Positions 48,883 through 58,663 are shown, counted from the first letter of the stretch. The stretch: 64,000 nucleotides of DNA from Gammaproteobacteria bacterium (GCA_963662545.2 CAXXLL010000002.1:2336001-2400000); one strand, 5' to 3'. A program made the numbers and translations. The notes: generated from the sequence alone by a model not told the origin.

Positions 48883-51384
48883 CTAAAGACGCAGCCGAAT
48901 GCCTGCCCAGGCGCCGCGCTCGGCCCCGGCGCCCAAGTAGACCGGGCTTTGATTGACGAGGTTCGGCAGGATGTCGCCAGGTTCTTCACCCACCAGTCCG
49001 AAGTTTTCGTATTCCTCGTCGAACACGTTGGTCACCCGCGCAAAAATTTCCAGGTGCTGATTGAACACGTAGGTGGCACGCAGATTGACCACGGTATAGC
49101 CATCGACTTCGTCGAGTTGATTCGATTCGTCGCCGCGAAGGACCTGGTCTGAGTTGTAGATCACTTCGGCGCCAATGCGGAGGTTCCACGGCAACTGGTA
49201 ATCCGTGCTGAACTTGAGCTGGTGCTCGGGGATCCCCGGGATCCGATCACCATCGCTCACCCTGATTTCACCGTCGTCATTCGCGATTGGATGCGAGGGG
49301 CTGAGGGCGAGAAAGTCATTTCCGAAGGTCGCTCTCAGGTAGCTGTACGACATCGAACAATCGAAACGGCCGAAAGTCGCGGCAATAGCCGATTCGAATC
49401 CTTCGCGCCTGGTTTCGTCGACGTTGGCAAACAAACCTGTCGAGCGCCCTGTGGTCTGAAAAATGATGTCGTCCTTATTGATCGTGCGGAAATATCCGAG
49501 TCGATGTCGGACCGCGCCTAGCTGTCCGCGGACGCCGATCTCGATACTCTTGGCGACCACCTCGTGGAGCGGCGGATCGGCCAGAAACGCATTGGGCAGA
49601 CGGCATTCGAAATCGACGTCATCCGGGTCTTCACCGTGTGCGGCGGCGATCTCGCGTGCCAACTGGAAAACGCCGTCGTTGCACGCGAGTTCGATCGGCG
49701 TTGGCGCTCGCGACGACTCACTGTAGCCGGCGAATACGTTGTTATCCAGGCCGATGTCAAAGGTAATGCCGACAGACGGATTGAACCGCCTAAAGCCATG
49801 AGCGCCGTCGAGTTCCGGCCGTTCACCCGAACGATCGCGAAGTTCGATGCGGGTGTCGTTATAGCGGCCGCCGAAAGTCAGCGACAGCCGTTCAGTCAGG
49901 TCGATCGTATCCATGAAGAACACGCTCCAGGTCTCGGTCGACGTCGAGACCATGGTCGCGACGTCGTCGACAAAGGTGCCGACGCCAAGTCCCGCCGTGC
50001 TACGCGTCACGGCATCGATGTTCGACAATTCGGTGACCGAATTGAAATCTGCGCCGCCGTTGAAATAGCTAAAGCCGACGACCAGAAAGTTGCCGCGATG
50101 GAATACGTCGCCCAAAAACGTCATCAGCCAATCCGTACCATAGGTTTCCTGTTTGCGGTCACTGATGTTGTTGATCGCGTCATCGGCGATCACGCCGCTG
50201 CCCGACAGTTCAGTGGTCAAATCATCGATATCGAACGCTCGATCTCCGGGCGCGAGCAGCGCATTCAAAGCCGCTTCCAACGCGTCCGGATCGACCGCCG
50301 ACAGCGCGTTGTCCGCGCAGATGTCGTCGTCGTCGAGCCCGAGTTTTTCAAGATCTTCCGCTTCGATGCCCTCGATGAGAAAGGTCCCGCCGGCCAGCCC
50401 GCATGCGAGGAAATCCGAACCATCGCCGTTGAAGGAGTCGGTCTGATTCTTTCGATAAAACGCATCCGCATCGAGCCTCGCGGTGTCGCTAAACGCGTAC
50501 GACCCGTCGACGATGAACATGTGCATGGAATTTTCCGTAATGTCGGGTGCCGTAAAGACGGCTTCCCGGTCGATTTGCAAAAGACCGACCGGTGCCGGGC
50601 CGTTGCCGATCAACTCACTCTCACCATACTGAATACTGACGTTGGCCTCGGTTGCCTCGCCACGATAACTCAAGGTTGCGAACACGTTTGTCGCCTCTGA
50701 GTCGGAAAGATCGCGCCAGCCTTCTTCGTTGAAGTAATGGACATTTAGGTAATAGCCAAACCTACTATTGTTGGCGCCGCTCTCCGCAGTCGCAATGACG
50801 CGCTGCCACGAACCGCCTTTCACGTCGGCCTGATGGCCCTGGAAATTGAAGCCGTTTTTCATTTCTATCGATAAGGCGCCGCCGAGCGTGTTGAGGCCGT
50901 ACAGCGGATTCGCACCGCCGATGAGGCTCATGCTGTGCACCGCTGATTGGGGCAGGAGGTCCCAGCTTACTGAATCGCCCAGGGGTTCATTGATGCGCAC
51001 ACCATTCTGATAAACGGAAATTCCCATCGGGAGGCCCAACAGCGGCGAGGCGGTAAAGCCCCGAAACTGAACGTCTGGCTGCAGCGGATTGTTCTGCGCC
51101 GAATTGATATTCACGCTGCCGAGGTGGGTACCGAGATAATCGGTTAGGTCCGTGCTCTGCGCGCGCGCCAGGGCATCGGCGTCGGTCGCCTGCACATTGA
51201 ACGGCAGCTTGTTCAGATCAAGCCGCGAACTCCCGCCAGGCACCGGGGCGACGACCATGATCTCCTCGTCAAAGCCGGCGCCTTCCGCCGGGAGACCGAT
51301 GGGTGAAAAGCCTGCGGCGCTCAGCGCGGCAACGGCCCGGACAAAAATTCGTAGTCGCGTCAGGGGGGCCAAGGTTTGCTCCAT
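48883..51384 (-). CDS. TonB-dependent receptor of the type seen in PQQ/lanthanide loci (LutH-like, inferred)
   Basis: EEIMVVA TonB-box-like, QPDVQFRGFTASPLLG, YQNGVRINEP plug, RAPTPIEL, NVFDEEY. Confidence 0.88.
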   Translation of the reverse strand: MEQTLAPLTRLRIFVRAVAALSAAGFSPIGLPAEGAGFDEEIMVVAPVPGGSSRLDLNKLPFNVQATDADALARAQSTDLTDYLGTHLGSVNINSAQNNPLQPDVQFRGFTASPLLGLPMGISVYQNGVRINEPLGDSVSWDLLPQSAVHSMSLIGGANPLYGLNTLGGALSIEMKNGFNFQGHQADVKGGSWQRVIATAESGANNSRFGYYLNVHYFNEEGWRDLSDSEATNVFATLSYRGEATEANVSIQYGESELIGNGPAPVGLLQIDREAVFTAPDITENSMHMFIVDGSYAFSDTARLDADAFYRKNQTDSFNGDGSDFLACGLAGGTFLIEGIEAEDLEKLGLDDDDICADNALSAVDPDALEAALNALLAPGDRAFDIDDLTTELSGSGVIADDAINNISDRKQETYGTDWLMTFLGDVFHRGNFLVVGFSYFNGGADFNSVTELSNIDAVTRSTAGLGVGTFVDDVATMVSTSTETWSVFFMDTIDLTERLSLTFGGRYNDTRIELRDRSGERPELDGAHGFRRFNPSVGITFDIGLDNNVFAGYSESSRAPTPIELACNDGVFQLAREIAAAHGEDPDDVDFECRLPNAFLADPPLHEVVAKSIEIGVRGQLGAVRHRLGYFRTINKDDIIFQTTGRSTGLFANVDETRREGFESAIAATFGRFDCSMSYSYLRATFGNDFLALSPSHPIANDDGEIRVSDGDRIPGIPEHQLKFSTDYQLPWNLRIGAEVIYNSDQVLRGDESNQLDEVDGYTVVNLRATYVFNQHLEIFARVTNVFDEEYENFGLVGEEPGDILPNLVNQSPVYLGAGAERGAWAGIRLRL

Positions 51385-51513
51385 CGGTGGGGAAATCGCC
51401 CGTTTGAGAACGGCGAGCAATTGTAAAGGCCGGGGTTCGATGAACCGGTGGGAAATTCGCCTAAAAACCGCAGGATTTTTTCCCGCGTTTCAAACCGGCG
51501 CGCAGAACTTCGG

Positions 51514-52161
51514 TCAGGCCGAAACGAGACCGTGTCTGATGGCGAGCCGCGCTAACTCGGCGGGTGTGCCGACTTCGAGCTTACTTTTGATCTGTGTGGA
51601 GTAGTTGGCCACGGTCTTGTAGCTGAGTGACAGGCGTTCGGCGATGTCGTTGACACTGGATCCTTCGGCGAGGAGACAGAATATCTCGAATTCCCTCGTG
51701 GTCAGCGCATCGAACGGCAACTTGTCGCCCTTGGTTTTCTTGAACGCCAGACGCTGTGCAATATCGGGATCGATGTAGACGTTGCCGCCGGCAATCTGGC
51801 GGACGGCTTCGACCATCACGACCGGCGCGCTACTCTTTCCGATGTAACCGCGGGCGCCCGCCTGCAAGGCTTTTTCGACGAAGGCAGTGTCCTCGTGCAT
51901 GCTGAACACCAGCACCCGGGCGGCGCTCTGCCGCGCCACGATGCGTCGGATCGCTTCGAGACCACCGATTCCGGGAAGACTCAAGTCCATGATGACGATA
52001 TCCGGATCACATTCGGCAAACTGCCGGCAGGCGGATTCGCCGTTTTTCGCTTCGGCGACGACATCAATATCACCCTGATTTTCCAGCAGGGTCTTAAAGC
52101 CCGCCCGCACCACGGCATGATCGTCGACCAGCAGGACGCGGATGACGCCAGAACTAGCCAT
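51514..52161 (-). CDS. NarL/LuxR-type response regulator (PedR2/MxaB-like)
   Basis: VLLVDDHAVVRAG, MDLSLPG, LTTREFEIF, LSYKTVANY HTH. Confidence 0.92.
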   Translation of the reverse strand: MASSGVIRVLLVDDHAVVRAGFKTLLENQGDIDVVAEAKNGESACRQFAECDPDIVIMDLSLPGIGGLEAIRRIVARQSAARVLVFSMHEDTAFVEKALQAGARGYIGKSSAPVVMVEAVRQIAGGNVYIDPDIAQRLAFKKTKGDKLPFDALTTREFEIFCLLAEGSSVNDIAERLSLSYKTVANYSTQIKSKLEVGTPAELARLAIRHGLVSA

Positions 52162-53512
52162 CGATTGTTACCGCGTGGCTGATCGGTTCGAGCGGAGCAC
52201 TGGCCGTGATCCTGACCCCTTGTCCCGGTGCAGTGTCGATTTCCAACCGTCCATTCATGGCATTGACACGCTCCTGCATACCGACCAGGCCCAGCCCTCT
52301 TCTTTCGCGGCATGGATCGAAGCCCATGCCATTATCAGCGACATCGACGACAATACAAGCTTCACCGCCCGGACCGGATTTCACTTCGAGCGCGATCGAG
52401 GCTTTGCTTGCGTGCGCATGTTTGGCGATATTTGTCAGCGCTTCCTGCACGATGCGATAGACGGCAATGCGGGCGTCCTTTTCCAGCGGCGGCAGGTCGC
52501 ACTTAGCCTGCAAGCTGCAGAAGCAATCACGATGGCGAGTGTTCCAATCGTCGACCATCAGTTCGACCGCGGGTAAGAGCCCCAATTCATCCAGAATGAC
52601 AGGGTGCAGGCGCGTCATCATCTCGCGTACCCGTGCGTAGATGTCGCCCGAGATGTCGGTGATCGTCGCCGCGCTGGCCGCCACCGCTTGATCGGTGGAT
52701 CGCGACCTTTCAATGATCGACACCGCTAGCGCCTTGATCGCGGTGATCGATTGGCCCAGTTCGTCGTGCAGCTCGTGCGCCAGGTGACGCCGCTCTACCT
52801 CTTGGGTCGCGAGCGACCGCTGCGCCAGCACGGCGTTATCAGCGTGACTCTGCTCGAGCACTTCCGCCATGAGATTGAATCGCTCCGAAATCGCATCGAG
52901 CTCGGGCACGCCGACGGCCTTTAGCCGTGATGCATAATCCCCGCGCTCGATGCCTGTGAGCGCGCGTGATAATTCCTGCAGGGGCGTCAAAGCGCGCCCC
53001 AGAAACAAAAACACGACGACGTTAGCGCCGACGAAGACCGCAAACATGACCGAAACCGTAACGCGGGTTTCCCGCCAGGCTTCACTTATCTCGTCGGTGG
53101 GATCGGCGGCGATCAGGATCGTTGCGCCGTCGAATTCGACGGTACGCGTCAGACTGGCTGGGTCGGGGCGCACGAGCGAAAAGAACCACCCCGGAATTCC
53201 TCGCGGTCCCCGTTTTTCGCGGCGCTCGATGTTCACCGGCAGCGGTGCGCTGGACGCAACCGTGATGTTCAAATGCCTTGTTTCCGTGTTTATCTCGAGC
53301 TGCTCTAGCATCCCGTACAACAAACCCGGCTCCACTGGACTGCCCGTGCCGCCGAGCAGATTCTGGATCAAGGTGGACGCCAGCTCGCTCGACGCCCGCA
53401 GTTCTTCGACGACTGCACGACGCGCATTGCCCAAGGAATAAACGGCGCCAATTGACAGCGCCAGAAACAGGATCAGCGACAGCAGAAGATTGAGTCTGAC
53501 ACGCAGTTCCAC
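52154..53512 (-). CDS. Membrane sensor kinase, HAMP plus HisKA_3 (PedS2/MxaY/MxcQ-like)
   Basis: Two TMs, HAMP, ERRHLAHELHDELGQ, QEALTNIAKHA, DNGMGF, GLGLVGMQERV. Confidence 0.9.
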   Translation of the reverse strand: MELRVRLNLLLSLILFLALSIGAVYSLGNARRAVVEELRASSELASTLIQNLLGGTGSPVEPGLLYGMLEQLEINTETRHLNITVASSAPLPVNIERREKRGPRGIPGWFFSLVRPDPASLTRTVEFDGATILIAADPTDEISEAWRETRVTVSVMFAVFVGANVVVFLFLGRALTPLQELSRALTGIERGDYASRLKAVGVPELDAISERFNLMAEVLEQSHADNAVLAQRSLATQEVERRHLAHELHDELGQSITAIKALAVSIIERSRSTDQAVAASAATITDISGDIYARVREMMTRLHPVILDELGLLPAVELMVDDWNTRHRDCFCSLQAKCDLPPLEKDARIAVYRIVQEALTNIAKHAHASKASIALEVKSGPGGEACIVVDVADNGMGFDPCRERRGLGLVGMQERVNAMNGRLEIDTAPGQGVRITASAPLEPISHAVTIDG

Positions 53513-53542
53513 GACGATCCGTCATGCCAGGTCAATGGCGGG

Positions 53543-53851
53543 CTAATGATCCACCTGTTTCTGGCGCTCGGCGAACTTGGCCTGGCTTTCGGCAGATGCT
53601 TCCACTTGGTATTTCGCTTTCCATTCCGAGAAAGGCATGCCGTAAATTAGTTCACGAGCCTGCTCGTAATCCATCTCCACCCCGCGGGATTCCGCTTCCG
53701 CGCGGTACCATTTCGAAAGGCAGTTGCGGCAGAACCCAGCAAGATTCATCAAGTCGATGTTCTGCACGTCGGTATGATCGCGCAGGTAATCGCGCAAACG
53801 CCGATAGGCGGCCGCTTCAATTTCGGTTTGAGTGCTTTTATCCATCGACAT
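53543..53851 (-). CDS. DUF1244 family protein
   Basis: EIEAAAYRRL, DVQNIDLMNLAGFCRNCLSKWY, IYGMP. Confidence 0.9.
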   Translation of the reverse strand: MSMDKSTQTEIEAAAYRRLRDYLRDHTDVQNIDLMNLAGFCRNCLSKWYRAEAESRGVEMDYEQARELIYGMPFSEWKAKYQVEASAESQAKFAERQKQVDH

Positions 53852-53935
53852 TCACCTCCATTCGTGCACGAACGCACCTCAAGAGGGTACCCTCCAAAGT
53901 GACATGGCGCGGCGCCGCTACCTCCGATATTATAG

Positions 53936-53971
53936 ACCCACAAACCCACAAACCCACAAACCCGCAAACCC
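53936..53971. repeat. 8-bp tandem repeat ACCCACAA x4.5
   Basis: acccacaa acccacaa acccacaa acccgcaa accc upstream of ndh. Confidence 0.85.
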
Positions 53972-53995
53972 TTTCGTCCGATTTTCGGTGGAATC

Positions 53996-55318
53996 GTGCA
54001 CCGGTCCCAACTCACTCGAATCGTTCTCATCGGCGGTGGCGCCGGCGGTCTGGAACTCGCCACTAAACTTGGCAAGCGATATCGAAAGCGTGATGACATT
54101 GAAGTCACGTTGGTCGATCACTCGCATTCACACCTGTGGAAACTGCTCTTACACGAAGTGGCGGCCGGGACCCTCAACTCCAATGAAGACGAATTGAGTT
54201 ATCTCGCGCATGCCCATTGGAACGGCTATAAGTTTCGACTGGGTGCCCTCAAAAGTCTCGACCGCCATCGCAAGACGATTACGATTGCCGCTTCATCCGA
54301 CGCAGAAGGCCGCGAGTACATACCGGAACGAATCCTGGCTTACGATATCCTGGTCATTGCGATAGGCAGCGTGACGAATGACTTCGGCATGGACGGGATC
54401 ACGCGCCACTGTTTCTTCATCGACACGCGAGAGGAGGCAGATGTCTTTCATCAGCATCTCGTTCGAACCTGCTACGCGGCAAATGCCCAGAGCGAACCCG
54501 TGCGACCGGGTCAGTTGCACATCGCGATCGCGGGTGCGACGGGCGTGGAACTGGCCGCGGAACTCGATTATTCGATTACCACTTTAGTCGGCTTCGGCTT
54601 GGATAAGATCAATGTCAAACGCGACGTGCGGATCCATTTGATCGAAGGCTCGGATCGGATCCTTCCCGGGCTGCCGGAGAGGGTATCGAGCGCCACCCAC
54701 GGGTTGCTCGAACAGCTCGGAATAACTATTCATACGGGAGAACTGGTGACCGAAGCCACGCCGGAAGGCTTTCACACCCGTAGCGGCGAATTCATTGCGG
54801 CCGAGATAAAGGTTTGGGCCACAGGGATCAAGGCGCCATCGGTACTCGCGGAGCTGGACGGGCTGGAAACGAACCCGCTCGATCAATTGGTGGTGCGATC
54901 AAGCTTGCAGACGACCCGCGACGGCGACATCTTCGCGCTGGGTGATTGCGCCGCCTGCCCGATGGGAAAGAAAGGCCAGCTGGTGCCGCCGCGCGCGCAA
55001 GCCGCGCATCAGCAGACCCAGTTGGCAGCCCGGTCAATCGAGCGACGCGTGTGCGGAAAAAACCTGCCCGAGTACCAATACAAGGATTTTGGTTCGCTCA
55101 TCAATCTGAGCGAACACAGCGCGATCGGAAACCTCATGGGCAATCTTCTCGGCCGTAAACCGACCAACATCCCGGTAGAGGGTCGCCTCGCCCGCTGGGC
55201 GTACTTATCACTTTACAAAATGCACCAGATCGCCATCCAAGGCGTAGTCAGAACCGTCTTGATCACGATCGCCAATTTCCTCACCCGTACCAGCAAACCG
55301 CGCTTGAAACTGCATTAG
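53996..55318 (+). CDS. ndh: Type II NADH dehydrogenase (second GxGxxG motif shortened)
   Basis: IGGGAGGLELA, HEVAAG, TGVELAAEL, FALGDCA, PPRAQAAHQ, PRLKLH. Confidence 0.88.
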   Translation: MHRSQLTRIVLIGGGAGGLELATKLGKRYRKRDDIEVTLVDHSHSHLWKLLLHEVAAGTLNSNEDELSYLAHAHWNGYKFRLGALKSLDRHRKTITIAASSDAEGREYIPERILAYDILVIAIGSVTNDFGMDGITRHCFFIDTREEADVFHQHLVRTCYAANAQSEPVRPGQLHIAIAGATGVELAAELDYSITTLVGFGLDKINVKRDVRIHLIEGSDRILPGLPERVSSATHGLLEQLGITIHTGELVTEATPEGFHTRSGEFIAAEIKVWATGIKAPSVLAELDGLETNPLDQLVVRSSLQTTRDGDIFALGDCAACPMGKKGQLVPPRAQAAHQQTQLAARSIERRVCGKNLPEYQYKDFGSLINLSEHSAIGNLMGNLLGRKPTNIPVEGRLARWAYLSLYKMHQIAIQGVVRTVLITIANFLTRTSKPRLKLH

Positions 55319-55478
55319 GGAACCTCTGAATAAGTCATGGTGCGTCTGAATGGTTCATGCAATGGTGCAGATCAAGGCACGAATCGCAGCCCATAGCGGG
55401 GACTGGGCAAGGTTCGTAACGTAAGGCTCCGCGATTTCACGGGCCAGGCAGATGGGCGATGAATTATGCAGAGGTTCC
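55319..55478 (+). mobile_element. MITE family A, copy 2
   Basis: GGAACCTCTG...CAGAGGTTCC TIRs with a perfect TTAG target duplication overlapping the ndh stop. Confidence 0.9.
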
Positions 55479-55557
55479 TTAGCCCCATTGCAGGAAAATC
55501 GTGTCATCGTAGTTCGCCTGCCGGCGGACCCCTACATTTGCACGCGCCGCGCAGGCC

Positions 55558-56979
55558 TCAACCGCCCGCACCGTGTAGCCCGTACTTCTGCATGCGATAA
55601 CGCATCGCCATGCGCGTGATACCAAGCCGGCGCGCGGCTTCGGATACGTTCTCTGCGCTGGCCTTGAGGGCGCGTTCGATCATCAGCTTTTCCATTTCTT
55701 CGAGCGTCATTTCGTCGAAGATCGGCGGAGCCACCGGATCGGGTGGGATATTTCCGTCTAGTCCGAGGGTACTCTCGTCAAGAGCACCGTTGCCCGACAA
55801 CAACACCGCTCGTTCCAGCACATGGTTCAATTCTCGAACGTTTCCGGGCCAGGAATAATGCTTTATGCGGCGTTCCGCCGCTTCCGATAATTCGATTTCG
55901 CCGAGTCCGTAACGGCTGCCCACCTCCTTCGCAAAATGCTTGGCCAGAATCACCGCGTCGCCATTACGTAAGCGCAACGGCGGCAATTCTATGGTCAGCA
56001 CCTTGAGACGGAAATAGAGATCCGAGCGCAGCGTTCCTGCGGCGACCATTTCGTCGACCGAACGATTGGTTGCGGCGATGAACCAGGCGGCGGTACGCCG
56101 TTCATGGCTGCTGCCGATGCGCCGCAGGAAGCGTCGTTCTAGCACGGCCAGCAGTTTAGCCTGCAGTTCCAAAGGAATCTCGCCAATTTCATCGAGGAAA
56201 ACGATGCCGTCTTCGGCGGCTTCGATGAGGCCGGTCCGCTCATTGACAGCATTGGTAAATGCACCTTTGACGTGGCCGAACAATTCCGCCTCGATAAGAT
56301 CCTTTGGCAGCGCGGCGCAATCGACATGTACAAAGGGCCGCGACCTGCGGCCTGAACAACGATGCAGCATCCGCGCCGCTACGTCCTTGCCGGATCCCGT
56401 CTCACCGGTGAGCAAAACCGTCGGCGGAACCGTACCGGCGTTCACGAGCCCAGCGATCTTTTTCACCTGTTCGCGGATCAAGGAAATCTGTGTCGATTCG
56501 CCGAGCATTTCGACCACATCCGGGCGATTACTTTCCCGGGCCTTGGAATATTCGAGCTGCCGATTGATCGCGCTCGCAGCCAGCACCTTTTCGATGTTGA
56601 TCTGTAGTTCATCCAAGTCGAGTGGCTTATTGAGGTAATCAGAAGCAGCGTGTTTCATCGCGGCCACGGCGTCGTCGACTTCGCCATAGGCGGTCATGAC
56701 GATCACGGGAACATCACTGGTTTCTCGCAGGCGCTGCAAAAAATCGAGTCCCGATCCGTCCGGAAGGCGCATATCGAGCAGCACTAGATCCGGTTCGGCG
56801 GTTTCCAGACATTCGGCGGCAGCACGGAGCGTCGCGGCATGAACGCAGTTAAAGCCCGACTTGGAAAGGCGGCGAATGACGGCCTTGGCGAAAAGCGCCT
56901 CGTCCTCGATGAGGACGATTGTCGCGCGAATAGCGGACACCTCGGCCGACATTGATTCGACGTCGTCACTCAGAGTCAT
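55558..56979 (-). CDS. Sigma54-dependent response regulator (REC-AAA+-Fis HTH)
   Basis: LLDMRLPDG, GETGSGKD, ELFGHVKGAFTNA, FLDEIGE, WPGNVREL, NVSEAARRLGI; true start may be slightly downstream. Confidence 0.93.
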   Translation of the reverse strand: MTLSDDVESMSAEVSAIRATIVLIEDEALFAKAVIRRLSKSGFNCVHAATLRAAAECLETAEPDLVLLDMRLPDGSGLDFLQRLRETSDVPVIVMTAYGEVDDAVAAMKHAASDYLNKPLDLDELQINIEKVLAASAINRQLEYSKARESNRPDVVEMLGESTQISLIREQVKKIAGLVNAGTVPPTVLLTGETGSGKDVAARMLHRCSGRRSRPFVHVDCAALPKDLIEAELFGHVKGAFTNAVNERTGLIEAAEDGIVFLDEIGEIPLELQAKLLAVLERRFLRRIGSSHERRTAAWFIAATNRSVDEMVAAGTLRSDLYFRLKVLTIELPPLRLRNGDAVILAKHFAKEVGSRYGLGEIELSEAAERRIKHYSWPGNVRELNHVLERAVLLSGNGALDESTLGLDGNIPPDPVAPPIFDEMTLEEMEKLMIERALKASAENVSEAARRLGITRMAMRYRMQKYGLHGAGG

Positions 56980-58444
56980 AATCGTCTACCTTTACCGCAC
57001 TCGGTGCCGTGATTACTACGTCCGTACTTTCGCCCTCCGTGATCGAAAATTCCAGCTTAAAACCATGCGTACTGCATATTTTGAACGCAATCGGTATGCC
57101 GAGTCCCGTCCCGAATCGTTTCGTGCTGGGACCTGGTGTCAATTCCGTCGCTTCGGGTTTGAACGGCAGGCCGCCAGCGCGGTCCCCAATGGTCATTCGA
57201 ACCTCGCCATTGCGCTGCTCGACCGCGAGCGTAACGGTCTGGCCTGCGGCTGAAGCCTCGATGGCGTTGTTGACGAGTCCGTACAGCGCTTGCTCCATGA
57301 GATCGCGGTCGGCATCGATCAGCGCCGCGGCGTCCCAGCCTCCCCTCCGGCAACGGATATCGAACTCGGCAAAACGCGACTCGAGCATACCAGCCACCGC
57401 ATCGATCAATTCGACCGCCGCGACCTGGCGGCGCTGCGGTTTCAGCGGATGAAGGTAGGACACCAAGGCCGTCACCCAGCGTCCGAGCCGGTCGACCGTC
57501 TCGATGATGGCGCCGCGGATGTCTTGAAGTTCCCGCGGGTCCTCAGAGCCGTCAAGCAGCTGGGCGTTGGCCCGGATCGCGGCGAGCGGATTGCGAATAT
57601 TGTGCGCAATGACTGGGCTCAGGGCACCCAGCGCCGATTGGCGTTCGTCGTCAACCAGGGCGTGGCGGCTCGCATCAAGCTCGTCGGCCATCTGATTGAT
57701 ACCGCGGGCCAATTCCCTGACTTCCTCAACGCCGACTTCCGGCAGATGACGTTTCAGGTCCCCGGCGCTCATGACACGGGTGCCGACCATGACCGACTGC
57801 ATAGGGCGCACGAAACCGAGCGTTAAACTGCGCCGTGAAAAGATCAACAGGCCAATTCCGATCAATACGGGCAGCGTCAGGGCAAACGGCGCGATTTCCA
57901 TCCACCAGCCGATGTCTTCTTCCTGGGCGTTTAGTTGTTGGTCGATCAGACCGGTAAAAGATTCGAATGCTATTTCGAAACCGGCCACGAAGCGTTGCTC
58001 GAACTGGGGGTCGAGCAACTTCGAGCGAACCAGACGATTCAATGCGAAGGGATCGTCGAGCGTTTCAAGCAGATCGGCCTGCAGTCGGCTGAACGCAACC
58101 TGCATCCCTTGCACGGCGTAATCCTCGCCGCGGTGGGCAGATTTCCGCCTGAGTTCGTTGAACAATTCCCGGATCGTGCGTGAGTAACGCCGATTCAGTG
58201 TACGTGTGCGCGGATCCTCTTTGAGCCCGGCGACGGAGACCTCCTGGATTTGCTTGAATAATAGTGATCGTATCTCCTGTGCTGTGTAGGCGAGGAAATT
58301 GAGGCGGATGGTTTCTTCCGACGATTGCTGCCAGAAATAGGCCCAGGTGCTGGCAAGACCACCCATAATGACTACCAAAGTCAAAAACGCCAGTTCGTGA
58401 GTCAGCAGTAACCGGCGAAGAGACTGCGGACGGGCGACTTGCAT
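56966..58444 (-). CDS. Membrane sensor histidine kinase (periplasmic domain, HAMP, HisKA)
   Basis: Two TMs, HAMP, IAHNIRNPL, NNAIEAS, GTGLGIP. Confidence 0.9.
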   Translation of the reverse strand: MQVARPQSLRRLLLTHELAFLTLVVIMGGLASTWAYFWQQSSEETIRLNFLAYTAQEIRSLLFKQIQEVSVAGLKEDPRTRTLNRRYSRTIRELFNELRRKSAHRGEDYAVQGMQVAFSRLQADLLETLDDPFALNRLVRSKLLDPQFEQRFVAGFEIAFESFTGLIDQQLNAQEEDIGWWMEIAPFALTLPVLIGIGLLIFSRRSLTLGFVRPMQSVMVGTRVMSAGDLKRHLPEVGVEEVRELARGINQMADELDASRHALVDDERQSALGALSPVIAHNIRNPLAAIRANAQLLDGSEDPRELQDIRGAIIETVDRLGRWVTALVSYLHPLKPQRRQVAAVELIDAVAGMLESRFAEFDIRCRRGGWDAAALIDADRDLMEQALYGLVNNAIEASAAGQTVTLAVEQRNGEVRMTIGDRAGGLPFKPEATELTPGPSTKRFGTGLGIPIAFKICSTHGFKLEFSITEGESTDVVITAPSAVKVDDYDSE

Positions 58445-58524
58445 GCGGCGGGATTATAGGGCGCGAAGGCGTACTACGCTGCAGGACATTGCGACGCCAA
58501 TTGGTCGATATCGCTCAGCGGAGG

Positions 58525-58542
58525 TGGCTAAATTCAACCAGC
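58525..58542. promoter_or_regulatory. Candidate enhancer (UAS) palindrome upstream of pqqA2
   Basis: TGGCTaaattcAACCAGC; a related second site TGGTCGATATCGCTCA at 58502-58517. Confidence 0.5.
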
Positions 58543-58647
58543 GCGAGACCCTAAGGCAACCGAGATGATTCCCAGCGGCCATCGTAAAGTTAATTAACTG
58601 ATTGAGAACGCTAGCATATTTTGGAAATACGTGAAATCCGCTAGATA

Positions 58648-58663
58648 TGGCATGGAAATCGCT
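58648..58663 (+). promoter_or_regulatory. Sigma54 -24/-12 promoter of pqqA2
   Basis: TGGCATGGAAATCGCT with GG-N10-GC; IHF consensus AATCAGTTAATTA on the minus strand at 58591-58603. Confidence 0.72.
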
